Origin: Antedon mediterranea
Lineage: Eukaryota; Animalia; Echinodermata
Length of the DNA stretch: 64,000 bases
NCBI RefSeq assembly: GCF_964355755.1
Contig: NC_092676.1
Coordinates: 1,493,788-1,557,787, forward strand
Reading direction: 5' to 3'
The notes below the pieces were generated by a model. It searched no databases, had not been told where the DNA came from, and saw only the letters and a program-made list of their open reading frames with translations. Position numbers and translations under genes: made by a program. Positions 14,501 to 26,412 of the stretch are shown piece after piece; position 1 is the first letter of the stretch; every line of letters begins with the position of its first letter.

Positions 14501-17500
14501 GCGCTCTTCAGACGTCACGTGGTATGACACCCCTGTGTTGTTGCAACCGATTAGATGTTGTCCCCCTTGTTCTGATTTTCAATTATCAACTGTGACTTTA
14601 ACAAGTCAACATATATTGATTATTGTTCATACCAACGGGTCTGAAAAACTGTTATCCTGACGGGTCAATTTCGTAGAAAAAACAAACAACTTTGTACGCA
14701 CACAATGCAATCGTACATTTCTTTGTCTGAATTCCACCTCATGATTATAAACGCACTATTTTTAATTAAATTCAAAGTACATTATTAAATTAAAGAAATT
14801 ATAAAAAGGCAGTGAAATGAGTACAAAATACAGATAGTAAAAACTTCAATGTACATTATAGAGTAATCAAATATTAAAAAAACACGTAACATTTAGAAAA
14901 AAAAACATGAAAAGAATAAAAAGACAACTAAACAATGTTGTAAAATTGGCATTCAAAACGCCTGATAATAAAATATTTAACATGTATAATGTATCATTGT
15001 TTCCATGTTTTTATTTTAAACGAATTTACGGTGAAAAAAGTTATGAAACTTGTTTTCATGAAACCACATATACAAACAAAATGGTTTACAATCTTTACAA
15101 AAGATGTGATACCTCGAAATTACATACATCGGCAGCTACATTCCGTTTCACGGAACAGAAGGCAGTGTGTCGTATTAAAAAATGGAAAATCATATACAGA
15201 ATTGAACGGTGCCGTCTTCCGTTCCGGTAAACGGAAAAAGTAGGATGTAGCTTTATTCATTTAATGCGTAACGTAAATTCGTGTCACTGACACATTACGA
15301 CTTTTACTTACGTTATTGATGATTTTTACCGAAAAACTAAGTTTTTGTTTCCACGAAAACCTTAATATATACTCTTTTATAAAATAAACGACAAACAAAA
15401 TTGGTTTAATAATTATCATTGGGCAATAATTGAAAGCAGTCGGTACAAGTGACGATTGATCGTAGCCAATCAGTAGCTAGCGCGAAAACATCACTAACCG
15501 TTTTCACTTTAAGTACCTATATTGATCCAACTATTCCTTTCGATTGTAATCATTACGGACAACTTAAATCAACGAGCAATAGGTAAGGGAATACTGCTAG
15601 AAATGGATACATTTCTATTTGATTTGTTTGCAGATGACTGGTTATGAGCTAGGCCCAAGCTTTTTAGCTTTTTCCTATCGATTGGAACGAGCAGCAGAGC
15701 GAATGTGTGGGTAAAGCTGTGCGTAGAAAAGCGCCTGAACAAACATACATCTCAATAACATCAATAATCATCACAAGTCGGTTTCGTGTCATCAATCGAC
15801 TACTGCAATTGATTGGTCGATTTTACTAACATGTCCATTGCTACCCGATACTTTGGTTCAATTTTATTACAAGTTTATCAGTGTACGCCCTATTAATGAT
15901 TATTCTACTTGTTTTCTGTTTATTTATTATTACAATAGGCCTACGTTTGTTTTATTCCGTACTTACAATTAACATTCAGAAAGAAACATACCATGGTAGC
16001 TTAAACAGCTCATGTCAATAGGCATGAGTCCTGCATAACGAGTTCTCGAAAAACAGCGTTTGTTTACTTGGGCGATCAGGTCCGAATTCAGGGGGTTGTT
16101 AAATTTCACAAATTGTAAAGCAAAAGATAGGACATCAAATTAAGTTCTCCGCACTTCATTTCACTACTTTTAAGCCGATTTTCCACTAGGCGAATATGTT
16201 CGCGCGAATCGAAGGCGTCAGCTAATACGCATGCGTAGAGAAGGATTTGGAAGACGTAAACATGAATACACATGCGTACAAGCTGGCGCGTTCGATTCGC
16301 GCGAACAAATTCGCCTAGTGGAAAATCGGCTTTAGGCCCTACATCCTACTCCCCCTACCCTATATCAAAGCCATTGGCGATATGGTAATCAGTGTAGGCT
16401 TCCTAAAGTTAACCATACTCCTATAAATCTTTTTTCCCTCCGTTTTTACCCCAATATACACCCGTGGTTTAAGACTTTAAGAATTGTTTTACTGTTGGAA
16501 TACAATAAACTCACCGCAACCGTGTATTTCATTATCATTATTAATCCTAAAAGGCAAGGTAAGGATCGACATACATGAAATGGCCGCTGATAACGGACAC
16601 GAATGATTTTGATTTTTAAAAAAAATGTTTTTATACAACCGTACTATATCGTTACAACATCAAGAGAATTACTATACTCATCTCTACCAGTTCGGTTAAA
16701 ATCGCGTAAAAGGCATTTTTTTTTTCAAAACGTCTCATAAAATTTAAAAAATTAATAAATAATTGTTTTAGTTTTGTTTATGGACCATAATCTTTTAAGA
16801 CCACGAAGTGAGCGCGAACAATATTGACTGATCTCGCGTGCCTGGAAGCGCTATTTGAACAAGGCGATCATCAAATCAAACAAATCATTACATTTAATCG
16901 ACATTTAATTTAATTCGGCTACGTAAATGATATGATTAATATAATGCTATTTGACCTTTCGCTGTCATTTCAAGGTAAATTTACTTATAGAAAATCGTTA
17001 TTAACACGGTGTTATGAAAACTGTCGAGCTTGTCACACCGTGCGAGGGTTTATGCTCCATAGTGTGAAACGCATGTTATACGTAAACCTACAAGGTCATC
17101 CTCATTGGAGAGTGGGGGTGAAGGCTGTTCCACTAATGTAAGAGGGTTTATGCTCCATAGTGTGAAACGCATGTTATACGTAAGCCTACAAGGTCATCCT
17201 CATAGGAGAGTGGGGGTGAAGGCTGTTCCACTAATGTAAGAGGGTTCATGTTCCAACGTGTGAACGCATGTTATACGTAAGCCTACAAGGTCATCCTCAT
17301 AGGAGAGTGGGGGTGAAGGCTGTTCCGCTTATGTAAGAGGTTTATGTTACAGCGTGTGAACGCATGTTATACGTAAACCTACAAGTTCATCATCATTGGA
17401 GAGTGGGGTGAATGCTCTTCTCCTAATTATAAGAGGGTTATGTTCCGTGTGAACGCATGTTATACGTAAGTGAGAGGGGATGGGAAATGTCCCTTGTGTG

Positions 17501-19496
17501 TAAGGTGGTTTATATTTACGTGTGAAACCAAAGGATGAGGGATCACTGTTCCTTAAGTCAAGTTATGTAACCGATTTTTTTATGGGGGGGGGGGGGCTTC
17601 ACTTATTTACGAATTTTTAAAAATAAAATAAAAAATACAACGTTGTTGTTGTAAAAGTATTAAATTAAATGAATTTCGTTTCAGCTGTTCAACATGAACG
17701 AGGACCACGAAAGCCAAAATCCCTCGACACGTCCTTAACAAATTCACCAAACGGAGGACGTCTATCACCAGGTAGTGCAAATGGACACAGCAGCCCTAAC
17801 TCGCCCACACAGTTAGCTTCAACTATCGTACGTGCTAGTCCTCCTGCTACGACGTACTACGGGACGTTTTACCACAGTTTACTCACGGCAGAACAATTCA
17901 ATATCAACCCACTTCACATTGAAACATCGAGGAGTATAGTGAAGATTGAAAATGAGGGCACGAGTAAAGAAAGCGTTGCCGAAATTGCTGCACGACTGCT
18001 CTTTTTGTCCGTCAAGTGGGCCAAACATATTCCATCATTCCGCATTCTACCTTACAGGGATCAGGTACAAAACATACATTTATTTTAGTACTTTCTAAAA
18101 ACGTTTATTTTAGTCTAGTTCACGTCGCGTATTGTACATCTTCGTACCCTTGTAAGGTATAACTTTACTATTTAATTTTCATCGATCTCAAAATTGATAG
18201 TACATTACCGTATAGTATCAGTACAACAAAATATATAGGCATAGCTCAAATTGTAAACGCGAGTACTTACCATACAGTCGACTCAACATGTGTAAGTGAT
18301 TTAAAAAGACGTGCCTGCGTCACACATTGTCGTCTGCATCTGCGTACCACGTTTTCTGCGTGTCAGACGCGGCGTGTGGACATTTATTTTATAACTTTAA
18401 AACAAGGAACCATTCATCAATATTCTTTCTTTTTTTAGGTAATTTTACTCGAAGAAGGATGGAGGGATATTTTTCTTCTGGGTATGGCGCAATGGTCAAT
18501 ACCACTCATTGATGCCCACTCCGTCGACACCGCCGACAAACCAGAAACAGACGAGATGAGAAATCTGAGAGGGGTCCTAATGCGACTGCGCTCCTTTCAC
18601 GTGGATTTCACAGAATACGCTTGCTTAAAAGCTATAGCACTTTTTAGACCCGGTAAGAACATCCCAGATGTTGGTACTAGCGAGTTTTCTTTTGAGGACG
18701 GTAAAGAAGACTTAAGCGTGGTTCCCACTAGCGACGCAACGCAAGGACGTAACGCAACGCAAGTGAATTGACCAATCACAAGCGATGGCTTATTCGCTTG
18801 TGATTGCTAACTGTCTATAACTTTGCTTGTCATTGGTTAAAACGCTTGCGTTGCGTTTACGTCCTTGCGTTACGTTCTAGTGGAAACCAAGCTTTAACGG
18901 TACTCGTTACGTTGACCAAAACAGTAACATACAGAGTCCCATACTTTGCCTTATGTACACATTAATATTTTAAAAATCACCGTCTAACGCCACTCGAGCC
19001 GGATATCGACTTTTTAACAGAGAACAATGTAGAAATTAATTTAATTATTTTTCCGACGATTATGGTCTTTTTTTGTAATAATTTTATAATCATGTGTAAA
19101 TTGTGTCCAAACAAACTTTTTGAAAACCGGTTTAATTTTTTTTACAATTTTTTACTTTATTTTTGGGATAGTTTTGCACTGCTTTATCATCATTTCTGTA
19201 TTTTATTTACATCAAATGTTGTCTTGTAAAAATTACAATTTCTTTTTTTTTTAGAAACGCACGCACTAAAAGAGCCACATCAAGTAGAGACATTACAGGA
19301 CCAAGCGCAGGTGATGCTTAGTGATTACGAACGCACTGCTTACCCACGTGAATCCGTACGCTTCGGCAAGTTACTACTTCTTCTACCAGCGATACGAAGT
19401 GTTTGTCCAAAACTCATAGAAAATATGTTTTTTAGAGAGACGATCGGATCGGTACCAATAGAACGGCTGCTTGCTGATATGTTTCAAACAAGTTAA
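8566..19496 (+). CDS. dsf: NR2E orphan nuclear receptor, most like dissatisfaction (NR2E4); ~379 aa, 5 coding exons
   Basis: Exons 8566-8626 (least certain), 12099-12341, 17685-18064, 18439-18652, 19255-19496, all phase-compatible. C4 zinc-finger [42 protein letters not shown]...[16 protein letters not shown]...[15 protein letters not shown]; [71 protein letters not shown] and GPRKPK match Dsf rather than Tll/TLX. Confidence 0.85.
9518..9604. repeat. Short tandem repeat, ~20-bp unit GCACAAACGCAATGCRCTCC x4
   Basis: Directly visible in intron 1 of the nuclear receptor gene. Confidence 0.65.
10120..10260 (-). mobile_element. tRNA-derived SINE fragment
   Basis: Minus strand GGAGCTGTAGCTTGGTGGTTAACGTGC...CAGGGTTCAATCCTG has Pol III A box (TAGCTTGGTGG) and B box (GGTTCAATCC) but no clean cloverleaf. 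Confidence 0.55.
11297..11500. mobile_element. Small MITE with CAATGGCGTAAC-type TIRs (hAT-like ends)
   Basis: CAATGGCGTAAC at 11297 and GTTATGCCATTG ending at 11500; no clear TSD. Confidence 0.45.
11892..12053. mobile_element. Harbinger/Tourist-like palindromic MITE, family A, degenerate copy
   Basis: AGCTTGGTTC...GAACTAAGCT ends, internal (ACGCA)n-like repeats, TWA flanks; similar to copies at 18715 and 21760. Confidence 0.6.
13085..13470. repeat. Local direct duplication of a ~120-bp segment
   Basis: TATTGACCAATCGCAACAC...GTTATAATAAAGTTATTATTATAAAATC at 13085 and 13340, with a partial third copy at ~13269. Confidence 0.75.
13736..14231. mobile_element. TTAA-associated (Kolobok-like) MITE
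   Basis: TIR AGATGTATTGTCCCTT / AAGGGACAATACATCT; right flank TTAA, left flank TTTA; related copy at 40276-40598. Confidence 0.65.
16173..16331. mobile_element. Harbinger/Tourist-like palindromic MITE, family B
   Basis: Near-perfect ~40-bp arms AGCCGATTTTCCACTAGGCGAAT..GTTCGCGCGAATCGAA and its reverse complement; TTA direct TSD. Confidence 0.8.
17044..17470. repeat. Intronic minisatellite, ~98-bp unit x4.3
   Basis: Unit starts at 17044, 17142, 17240, 17337 and 17433 (partial): GAGGGTTTATGCTCCATAGTGTGAAACGCATGTTATACGTAARCCTACAAGGTCATCCTC... Confidence 0.85.
18715..18893. mobile_element. Harbinger/Tourist-like palindromic MITE, family A
   Basis: AGCGTGGTTCCCACTAG...CTAGTGGAAACCAAGCT with TTA TSD; nearly identical to 21760-21938. 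Confidence 0.82.
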
Positions 19497-19639
19497 ATCA
19501 TCAAAGCTTATAAGGTCTAAGTCTTATAGGACTCCAATACAATTGCAATTTGATCAATCATCACAAGCGACGGTTCGATGCCATCGCTTGTGGTTGGTCA
19601 AATCACTTGCGTGTGCATCCTTGTATGAGCGAGTCTTAC

Positions 19640-19796
19640 GCGTGGTTCCACTAGAGAGACGCAACGCAAGGACGTAGACACAACGCAAGCGAGTAGACCA
19701 ATGACAAGCGACAGTTAGAATAATCCATTGCCTTGGTCAAATCACTTACGTTGCGCTTACGTCCTCGGCGTTGCGTCTCTAGTGGGAACCAAGCAT
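19640..19796. mobile_element. Family A MITE in the nuclear receptor 3' region
   Basis: GCGTGGTTCCACTAGAGAGACGCAACGCAAGGACG...CTAGTGGGAACCAAGC; a more decayed copy lies directly upstream (~19545-19640). Confidence 0.7.
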
Positions 19797-19882
19797 TAGG
19801 AGTGATATTCACAGCATCTTACATAAAGACAATTGGAACAAAAACCTGTAGTTCACTACTAACGTTCCAAGCTAATCTATAA

Positions 19883-20022
19883 AGCCTGTTTGCACTAAAC
19901 GCAAAAATATTCGCGCGAACATTCCTGAGATCTGATTGGTTGCGAATTTTTTCGTATCGCAAAATGTAATGGAAATACACCTTCACATTCGCGCGATAAA
20001 TGACCCCAGTGGAAACCAGGCT
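19883..20022. mobile_element. Family B-related MITE
   Basis: AGCCTGTTTGCACT...AGTGGAAACCAGGCT ends with TAA direct TSD; internal TTCGCGCGA motifs. Confidence 0.55.
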
Positions 20023-21609
20023 TAAAAATATCAAATTTCTATAATTCTTGCAAGGTTAAAATAATAATCATCATCATTAATAATCTTGATGAGGAAAATG
20101 TAAATATAACATTGAAATAATTTAGGTATTTATCAGTATTTCATTCCGACCAAAGACAAATTTTACCAAAGAAAATGCAATAAAAAATTGAGAGTATTCG
20201 ACACAGATAAACGTCCATAAACAATTAAATTAGGTGTCTTCACCAAACTGATGATAATGGTGACGTTGACCGAGGGATCAAGCCTTGCATTGACCGTGTA
20301 TTTAAAGCTAAGAAAGGGGACCTGACAAAATGCGATGACCACTAAAGAGAGGGAAGAATCAGACTGCATGCAAAAAAAAAAAAACCAACCAAAAACTTAA
20401 TTTAAAAAAAAAAGACAAGCGCCTCACTAAGATACATTTCTTGGGTTTATATTTTTTTTGACGAGCTTACAGCAATGTGTAGCAAAACAAAGCATGCAAT
20501 AATAAACAAAAAATGTAAATTATAATTATAAATAATATATAATAATGATAACCATGGATGTCTACATGGAATTATGATCATTGTAGCAATAGTTCATTTA
20601 TTAGTTTTTTAGACACCAGTTTTATTGAACTTTCCGCCAAGGCGCGTTTTTATATTTAAAGTGCAAATATGACAAAAATTAATGTAAACTGTGATATACT
20701 GTAGTTCGAAATAGGGAAGTGTGCAAAAGTGACGAGCAAATCGCTGGGAATGTATTCCCCCAATTTGCTGAGCTCCTAGGCTCTCTAGTAGTAGTAATTT
20801 ATAAAGATAAATCTTGACAATAAATATTTATATTACATACAGTATTTTCAAATTATGAATAATGATAGATACATTATGCCTAACTGTAAACTGTAACTTA
20901 AAGACGCTTTAGCTGAAATTATCTAGACACACGAACGACACGACAACATTTAGTTTCGTGTAATATCAACGTTTACATACGATCCACCATGGAAATGTGG
21001 AAGACAAGCTGGCACAGCCTAGTTGGATGTTATACTAAAGACAAACACGTTTACATAAAATCAGACTTCGACAACCGTGTTCTGTACGAAAAATAAACGG
21101 TCGTATTGAACTCTGAATGTGTGCAAGTTGGTTAAACAAAGAGATTGATTTAATTCGCTCTTTGCAATCCGTTAAAAGTATGTTAACATTATAATACTGT
21201 CATAAGGTTGATCGCAAATAGCATTCGCGACGCATGGTGGGAAGGGTCTGGGAGAAAACCTCACGACGCGTACGTACGGGATTTGTCGTTTGTACCTACG
21301 CGCCGTGACGTTTGCTCCCAAACCTTTCCCATCATGCATTGTGCAATGACGTTCCTCGCGAAATCAAGCTATTTACAATCAACCTTATTATCATATGATA
21401 CCTGGAACTGAAATAGTGTATTAAATGAATATTTAATTAATTTCGTTGGTGCAATATTTTTTTTGTGTGTTAACAAATGTGCTTAAACTCCAGACCTCTA
21501 AGGACAAAATGGCCACGAAACAAGACATCTCTGTGTAGTGTAGTGGCTAAACCATGCTAGTATTGAAGTCTCTCTAAAGCTTAGTGATCTATCGCGTCGT
21601 AATTGGTGT

Positions 21610-21980
21610 TTTGTTCCCACTAGAGACGCAACTCAAGGACGTAACGCAACGTAAGTTAGTTGACCAATCACAAGCGATGGATTATTCGAACTGTCGCTTG
21701 TCATTGGTCAACACGCTTGCGTTACGTTTACGTTACGTCCTAGTAGGAACGAAGCTTAAAGCTTGGTTCCCACTAGCGACGCAATGCAAGGACGTAACGC
21801 AACGTAAGTGAATTGACCAATCACAAGCGATGGCTTATTCCCTTGTGATTGCTAACTGTCTATAACTTCGCTTGTCATTGGTTAAAACGCTTGCGTTGCG
21901 TTTACGTCCTTGCGTTACGTTCTAGTGGGAATCAAGCTTAACTAGCGTTGCGCGTACGTCCTTGCGTGGGAACCAATCTT
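21610..21980. mobile_element. Cluster of adjacent family A MITEs
   Basis: Copy ~21610-21756, intact copy 21760-21938 with TAA TSD, and a remnant at ~21942-21980. Confidence 0.8.
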
Positions 21981-22379
21981 AAAGGACGAACTGCAGATTC
22001 TCCAAAATCGTTGATTGAAATTAGGGTATGTTGTGGTAGGAGAGCGTTTAAAGGATACACTGCATATGATGGTAACCTATATAGTTGTCTAATCTTCCAA
22101 ATCTTTTTTAACTCAAGCACTGAAACTTCTTTAAAATCACCGTAGAATCAGTGTTGTACGTGGGAATGAAACTATAAACTTGAAGTCATCGAATGTGGAA
22201 GTTCATATAATATATTACCTGCAAAAATAAAAACAGTTTTCTCAGTTAATTTAAATACATTTATCTTATAATCGAATAAGCAATCCCTAAATGAAACTTC
22301 ATTGAGTCATTTTAAGTTTCTGTTATATAGTTTTTATGAAATACACAAAGTTGCATCGCCTTATTGGCAAAAATCCATT

Positions 22380-22567
22380 ATTCAATTTAGTGAATATTCT
22401 GGAAATTCGAAAATATGACTTTCAGAATTATAAAGAATGTGTCACTTCCTGCTGCTTCTCAGCTTCCTTCCTTTTGCTGCACTGCAACTCATTACATTGC
22501 AACATAAAACATTGAGTAGACATATTGAATATTAAACTCCTAAAACTACCACGATTTCAAGGTTAGT
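22380..22567 (+). promoter_or_regulatory. Putative promoter and non-coding first exon of TRIM-NHL copy 1 (module type A)
   Basis: Block conserved with 28780-28950, 48010-48155 and 48715-48742+52274-52426: TTCTGGAAATTC, GTCACTTCCT (ETS-like), ending in the donor AG|GTTAGT (22562). Confidence 0.55.
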
Positions 22568-23013
22568 AGATCCGAGCAATTTTTCCATAAATTTTTCTAT
22601 TTTCTATTATTATTTTTGTTAATAATTAGGTTTATTGTACACATTAAAATGTATTTTGTATTAAATTGCTACCAAGTATTTTAACAACATCATTTATGTA
22701 TATGCATATACATTTGTACATGTAACTAATAAGAATCACTGGGTTTTTTTTCATTTTATCTTCTATTATCAACTTTATTCGTTTGTAATTGATGTTTTTA
22801 CTTCTAATGACAAATTATTTTATGGTTTGTCTCATTACCTCCACCAAGGAGGTTATATAATCACCCTTTTTTCATTATTTGTCTTCTGTTAACAAGATTA
22901 TATTATATTAGTTATGTTGTATACACGCGATTTTCCTACAGTTTTATATTTTCACCGGCCATTATCAATACAGGTACACTATATTTAGTGCTCGTAAACT
23001 TCAGGTCATAATA

Positions 23014-23600
23014 TCATGAGAGAGTTAAAAACAAAAATGCGTCCCGCATGCAACACGCTCGCTGTTCTTCACTCTTTTCTTCGTCAATTCTTTTTTCAAT
23101 TATAATTTTTTTCTCTAACGTTACTAGCATACTTTTTTCTTCTTCGAACTCTAGTTCTATCTTCAAAGCAGCTTCATCATTTAATAATAATAATTTCCGT
23201 TGTCTCAAAGACATATTGCTACCTGTATCTGAACAACGAGAAATACGTCTGGAATGGCTTGATGTTTGCGACATCGTTTCATATACGTTTAGACGAATGT
23301 CTTTAATATGTTCACGGGCAGTTATCGTTATTTCAAAGACTGCGCGCGCAGAACATTGGACTAAATAGTCTAAGCTATTCTTTTCTTCTCAAGAAACATA
23401 CACAACTAATCCTCTAAAAGCATTAAGAAACGCTTCTTCTTCAATACCTGCACGTTTACCATCAGCTTCTGTTATCGGCGGTATGGTTGCATTACCAATC
23501 CGCCAGACCCTCCATTTGCACCAACAATTTCTTCGTCGGGGCCGAGACATATTCATGGATCAACTTTTACTTGTTGCAGCCGTACAACGCAACAATTCGA
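23014..23600 (-). mobile_element. Degraded retroelement fragment, possibly BEL/Pao gag N-terminus
   Basis: Ser/Arg-rich then coiled-coil peptide SSHSRRISRCSDTGSNMSLRQRKLLLLNDEAALKIELEFEEEK resembles BEL/Pao gag starts; interrupted by stops; lies in the copy 1 5' intron. Confidence 0.3.
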
Positions 23601-23865
23601 TCAATTGGTAGAGAAAACAAAATTCGATTGCCCCTGTATTAAATACCTGTCGCGTATATCACTTTCTACTATTTTTTCAAGTTAAAATGGTATGTAATTT
23701 AAATTATGACTGCGATTTAATGTAAGCGCCTAAAGTTCTATACTACTCCATATTTATCCCTCCCCTACACCCACTTTAAAAAAAATATATCTCTATTTTC
23801 AATTGAAGTCCAAGATTATAATATATACAGATATCTATACATTTACAGTTATTATTTCTTTCCAG

Positions 23866-25887
23866 ATGTCGAAACGAAAAGCTATAAAATTTAAAGATAA
23901 AAACGATCAATTTAAGTATGTTAAGAAGATTGAATCTGAAAAACCACAAATATGTTCAAGCTGTGATGATATAAACCAACCTGAATACTACTGCTCTGAA
24001 TGTAAAATGTATCTATGTGGACAATGCACCCAACATCATAAGAGATTCCCTGTATTGAAAGACCATTCACTATACACATTGGATAAAAATAAGGAAGAAC
24101 ATCTGCCAAAAAAATGTAAATATCATGAAGACTGCATGCTTGAATTTTATTGTAGAACTTGCTTGAAGTATGGATGCAAAACTTGTGAGCATGTTTTCCA
24201 TTGTTATCAAGATGAACATACTGTGATTCCATTCAAGATTGCTGCAGAAGAGTTCAACCAAAATGCGATAAAAGTTGGGAAGTGTGCTAAGGAAATAAAA
24301 AGAAAACTAATAAGAAAACGGGACGTTTTCCTATTAAAACGTGACAGTATAACTAAAGAAAGTGCAGACTTCGCATCTCGAATACAAATATGCAAAACAG
24401 CGATTGATTTACAAGAAAAAAACATTATCAAAAACATTCAGGAGAAAAGCAGAGAAATGAAGACAGATCTTGACAAGATTGAAAAAGAAACTAAAGAAAA
24501 CGTTGATGATAGGGTTACAAATATTGATTTAAAGTTGACCAAAGTTGATGAGATGTTGCCAATAATTGACACAATGATGCATAAACCAGAAGATGGAGAA
24601 ACACTTACATCTCATGAGGCAAATGTCAATGGCATTAGAGATGAAGTTTTAGAGATAAACATTGATGAATCAGATTTCAAGATAATTTCTCCTAGTTTCC
24701 TTCCATCTAAAAACTTGAATAAAGTGATAAATTTAGAAGGTATTGGTAAAATTTCAAACGTTGATTGCGAGTATAATGTTGCTGTAGGTGATACATTCAT
24801 TACAGTCATAAAGAAACGGCAATTTTCGGTAACAGTATTCTCAAGTTCACAAGGAAGTGAGAACTCTTTATTGTCTGCCACTTTATTTAACAGGGCAGGT
24901 GTCCAATTCAAGGCTGAGGTGATGTCAATGAGAAATGGAAAGTACATGATAACAGGAAATTGCCCCGAAGAAGGAGATTGGAAGATGAAGATCACTGCTA
25001 GAGGAGAACAAATTACAGGATCACCAGTAAATATCAAGGTGGAAAAAACGGGAGTTGTACAAACCATTCGTTGTAGGCCTATAGAAGAAAGAGTTATAGA
25101 TAAATATGGGTTTCAATTAGGACCTGCCAACAATGTTGCAGATGTAATACTAGATAAAGATGGATGTATACTTGTATCTAATTTAAGTAGATATTTATAC
25201 AAGTTCAACAAAGAATATTCATTTATTGGTAGAATAGAGTTACCAGAAGATACCAGGGCTTCTTGTATGTATCGAATGGATGATGGTCACATTATGTATG
25301 TTAATTTTAACTCAAAAAAACAAGTTGTCATGTGTGATGATAAATTTCAGAAAATTCGTACATTTAGTGAAATATATGGGAAGCCATGTGGATTGACCGT
25401 AAACCAGGAAACTAGAACCTTGTATGTTGCAGACAGTGACAAAAAGTGTGTCTTTAAATTTGATGTTGATAGGGGAACATACCTTTCTACAATAAATACA
25501 CAAAATTACAAAAAAGGAATATATTTTGGACCACATGCTGTTACAATATCGAAAGAGGGGAACTTGATTGTTGCAGACTGTAGAAATCAGAACATACACA
25601 TGTTTGATGCAAATGATAGGTTTATGAAAATTTTTGTGGAAGGAGGTAGGGAAGATGGAAAAGTTATAAGTCCTCGTCATGTAACCATAGATTCTGAAGA
25701 AAACATGTTGGTATCATGTGATCACAGAATACAGTTATTTAATAAACATGGTTCTTTTATCAAGCAAATAGATTCTGGTGAGTTACATATTCCTGTTGGA
25801 ATTGCAATAATCTCTAATAAACCAGAAAGAAGGGTAATAGCCGTAGCAAACACTGGGAGAGACAATGTCAAAATATATAATTATTAA
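23866..25887 (+). CDS. TRIM-NHL paralog 1, RING-less (B-box x2, coiled coil, filamin, NHL), 673 aa
   Basis: ATG directly after the acceptor TTCCAG; single coding exon; B-box CSSCDD..YYCSEC..LCGQC..HH..H; filamin GDWKMKITARGEQITGSPVNIKV; NHL repeats PCGLTVN..LYVAD, GNLIVADCRNQNIHMFD; ends KIYNY. Confidence 0.85.
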   Translation: MSKRKAIKFKDKNDQFKYVKKIESEKPQICSSCDDINQPEYYCSECKMYLCGQCTQHHKRFPVLKDHSLYTLDKNKEEHLPKKCKYHEDCMLEFYCRTCLKYGCKTCEHVFHCYQDEHTVIPFKIAAEEFNQNAIKVGKCAKEIKRKLIRKRDVFLLKRDSITKESADFASRIQICKTAIDLQEKNIIKNIQEKSREMKTDLDKIEKETKENVDDRVTNIDLKLTKVDEMLPIIDTMMHKPEDGETLTSHEANVNGIRDEVLEINIDESDFKIISPSFLPSKNLNKVINLEGIGKISNVDCEYNVAVGDTFITVIKKRQFSVTVFSSSQGSENSLLSATLFNRAGVQFKAEVMSMRNGKYMITGNCPEEGDWKMKITARGEQITGSPVNIKVEKTGVVQTIRCRPIEERVIDKYGFQLGPANNVADVILDKDGCILVSNLSRYLYKFNKEYSFIGRIELPEDTRASCMYRMDDGHIMYVNFNSKKQVVMCDDKFQKIRTFSEIYGKPCGLTVNQETRTLYVADSDKKCVFKFDVDRGTYLSTINTQNYKKGIYFGPHAVTISKEGNLIVADCRNQNIHMFDANDRFMKIFVEGGREDGKVISPRHVTIDSEENMLVSCDHRIQLFNKHGSFIKQIDSGELHIPVGIAIISNKPERRVIAVANTGRDNVKIYNY

Positions 25888-25899
25888 TTGTCACTGTAT

Positions 25900-26400
25900 A
25901 AAGAATCACCTTCCTGTCTTCTTCTGTCCAATAGAATTAGTTTCTCCACTTGTTTGTAAAGCACTATTCTTCATGTTGGCATAACTTCTGTTCTTTTCCA
26001 TCATGTCATCTAGTAACATTTCTATTGTTCTACTACAAGGGATATTTTTTTCCATTCTATCTTTTCAAATAAATTTGTAAATGTTATCCTTCAATCTGAT
26101 TTCAGCATCTCTCTAGTTATTCACGGCATTTGATTTATTGTGTCCGATAATGCTTTCTTTATAAGCACTTTAATAATTTTTTAAGGTTGTTTAAATGATA
26201 TCAACATATTAATTTTGCCATGCAAATCTTCAAACAAAATATTCTTTAAGGTTGTTTCACTGATCATCTATTTACTCTTACTACTGTTGTTCTTTTTTTT
26301 TTCTTCAACCAATCTTTGGTATTTTGAATTACTTTCTAATTGTTTGGTATTAGCTATCTTTAGGAACTTTAGTTTTACTCGGATCTTCATCACAACTGGC
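25900..26400 (-). mobile_element. Highly decayed RTE-like LINE 3' fragment
   Basis: Minus-strand peptide remnants (LFEKIEWKK..RTIEMLLDDMMEKNRSYANMKNSA) resemble the RTE ORF C-terminus; many stops and frameshifts. Confidence 0.3.
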
Positions 26401-26412
26401 TACTCAGCTTTA

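Noticed and set aside
12086-19496. Calling the receptor tailless/NR2E1, or treating its ORF pieces as separate genes
   Set aside because: The pieces splice in phase into one protein, and the diagnostic residues fit dissatisfaction better.
21938-22220. Minus-strand coding exon (ELKKIWKIRQLY...)
   Set aside because: Stops in all frames after the acceptor and no recognisable homology.
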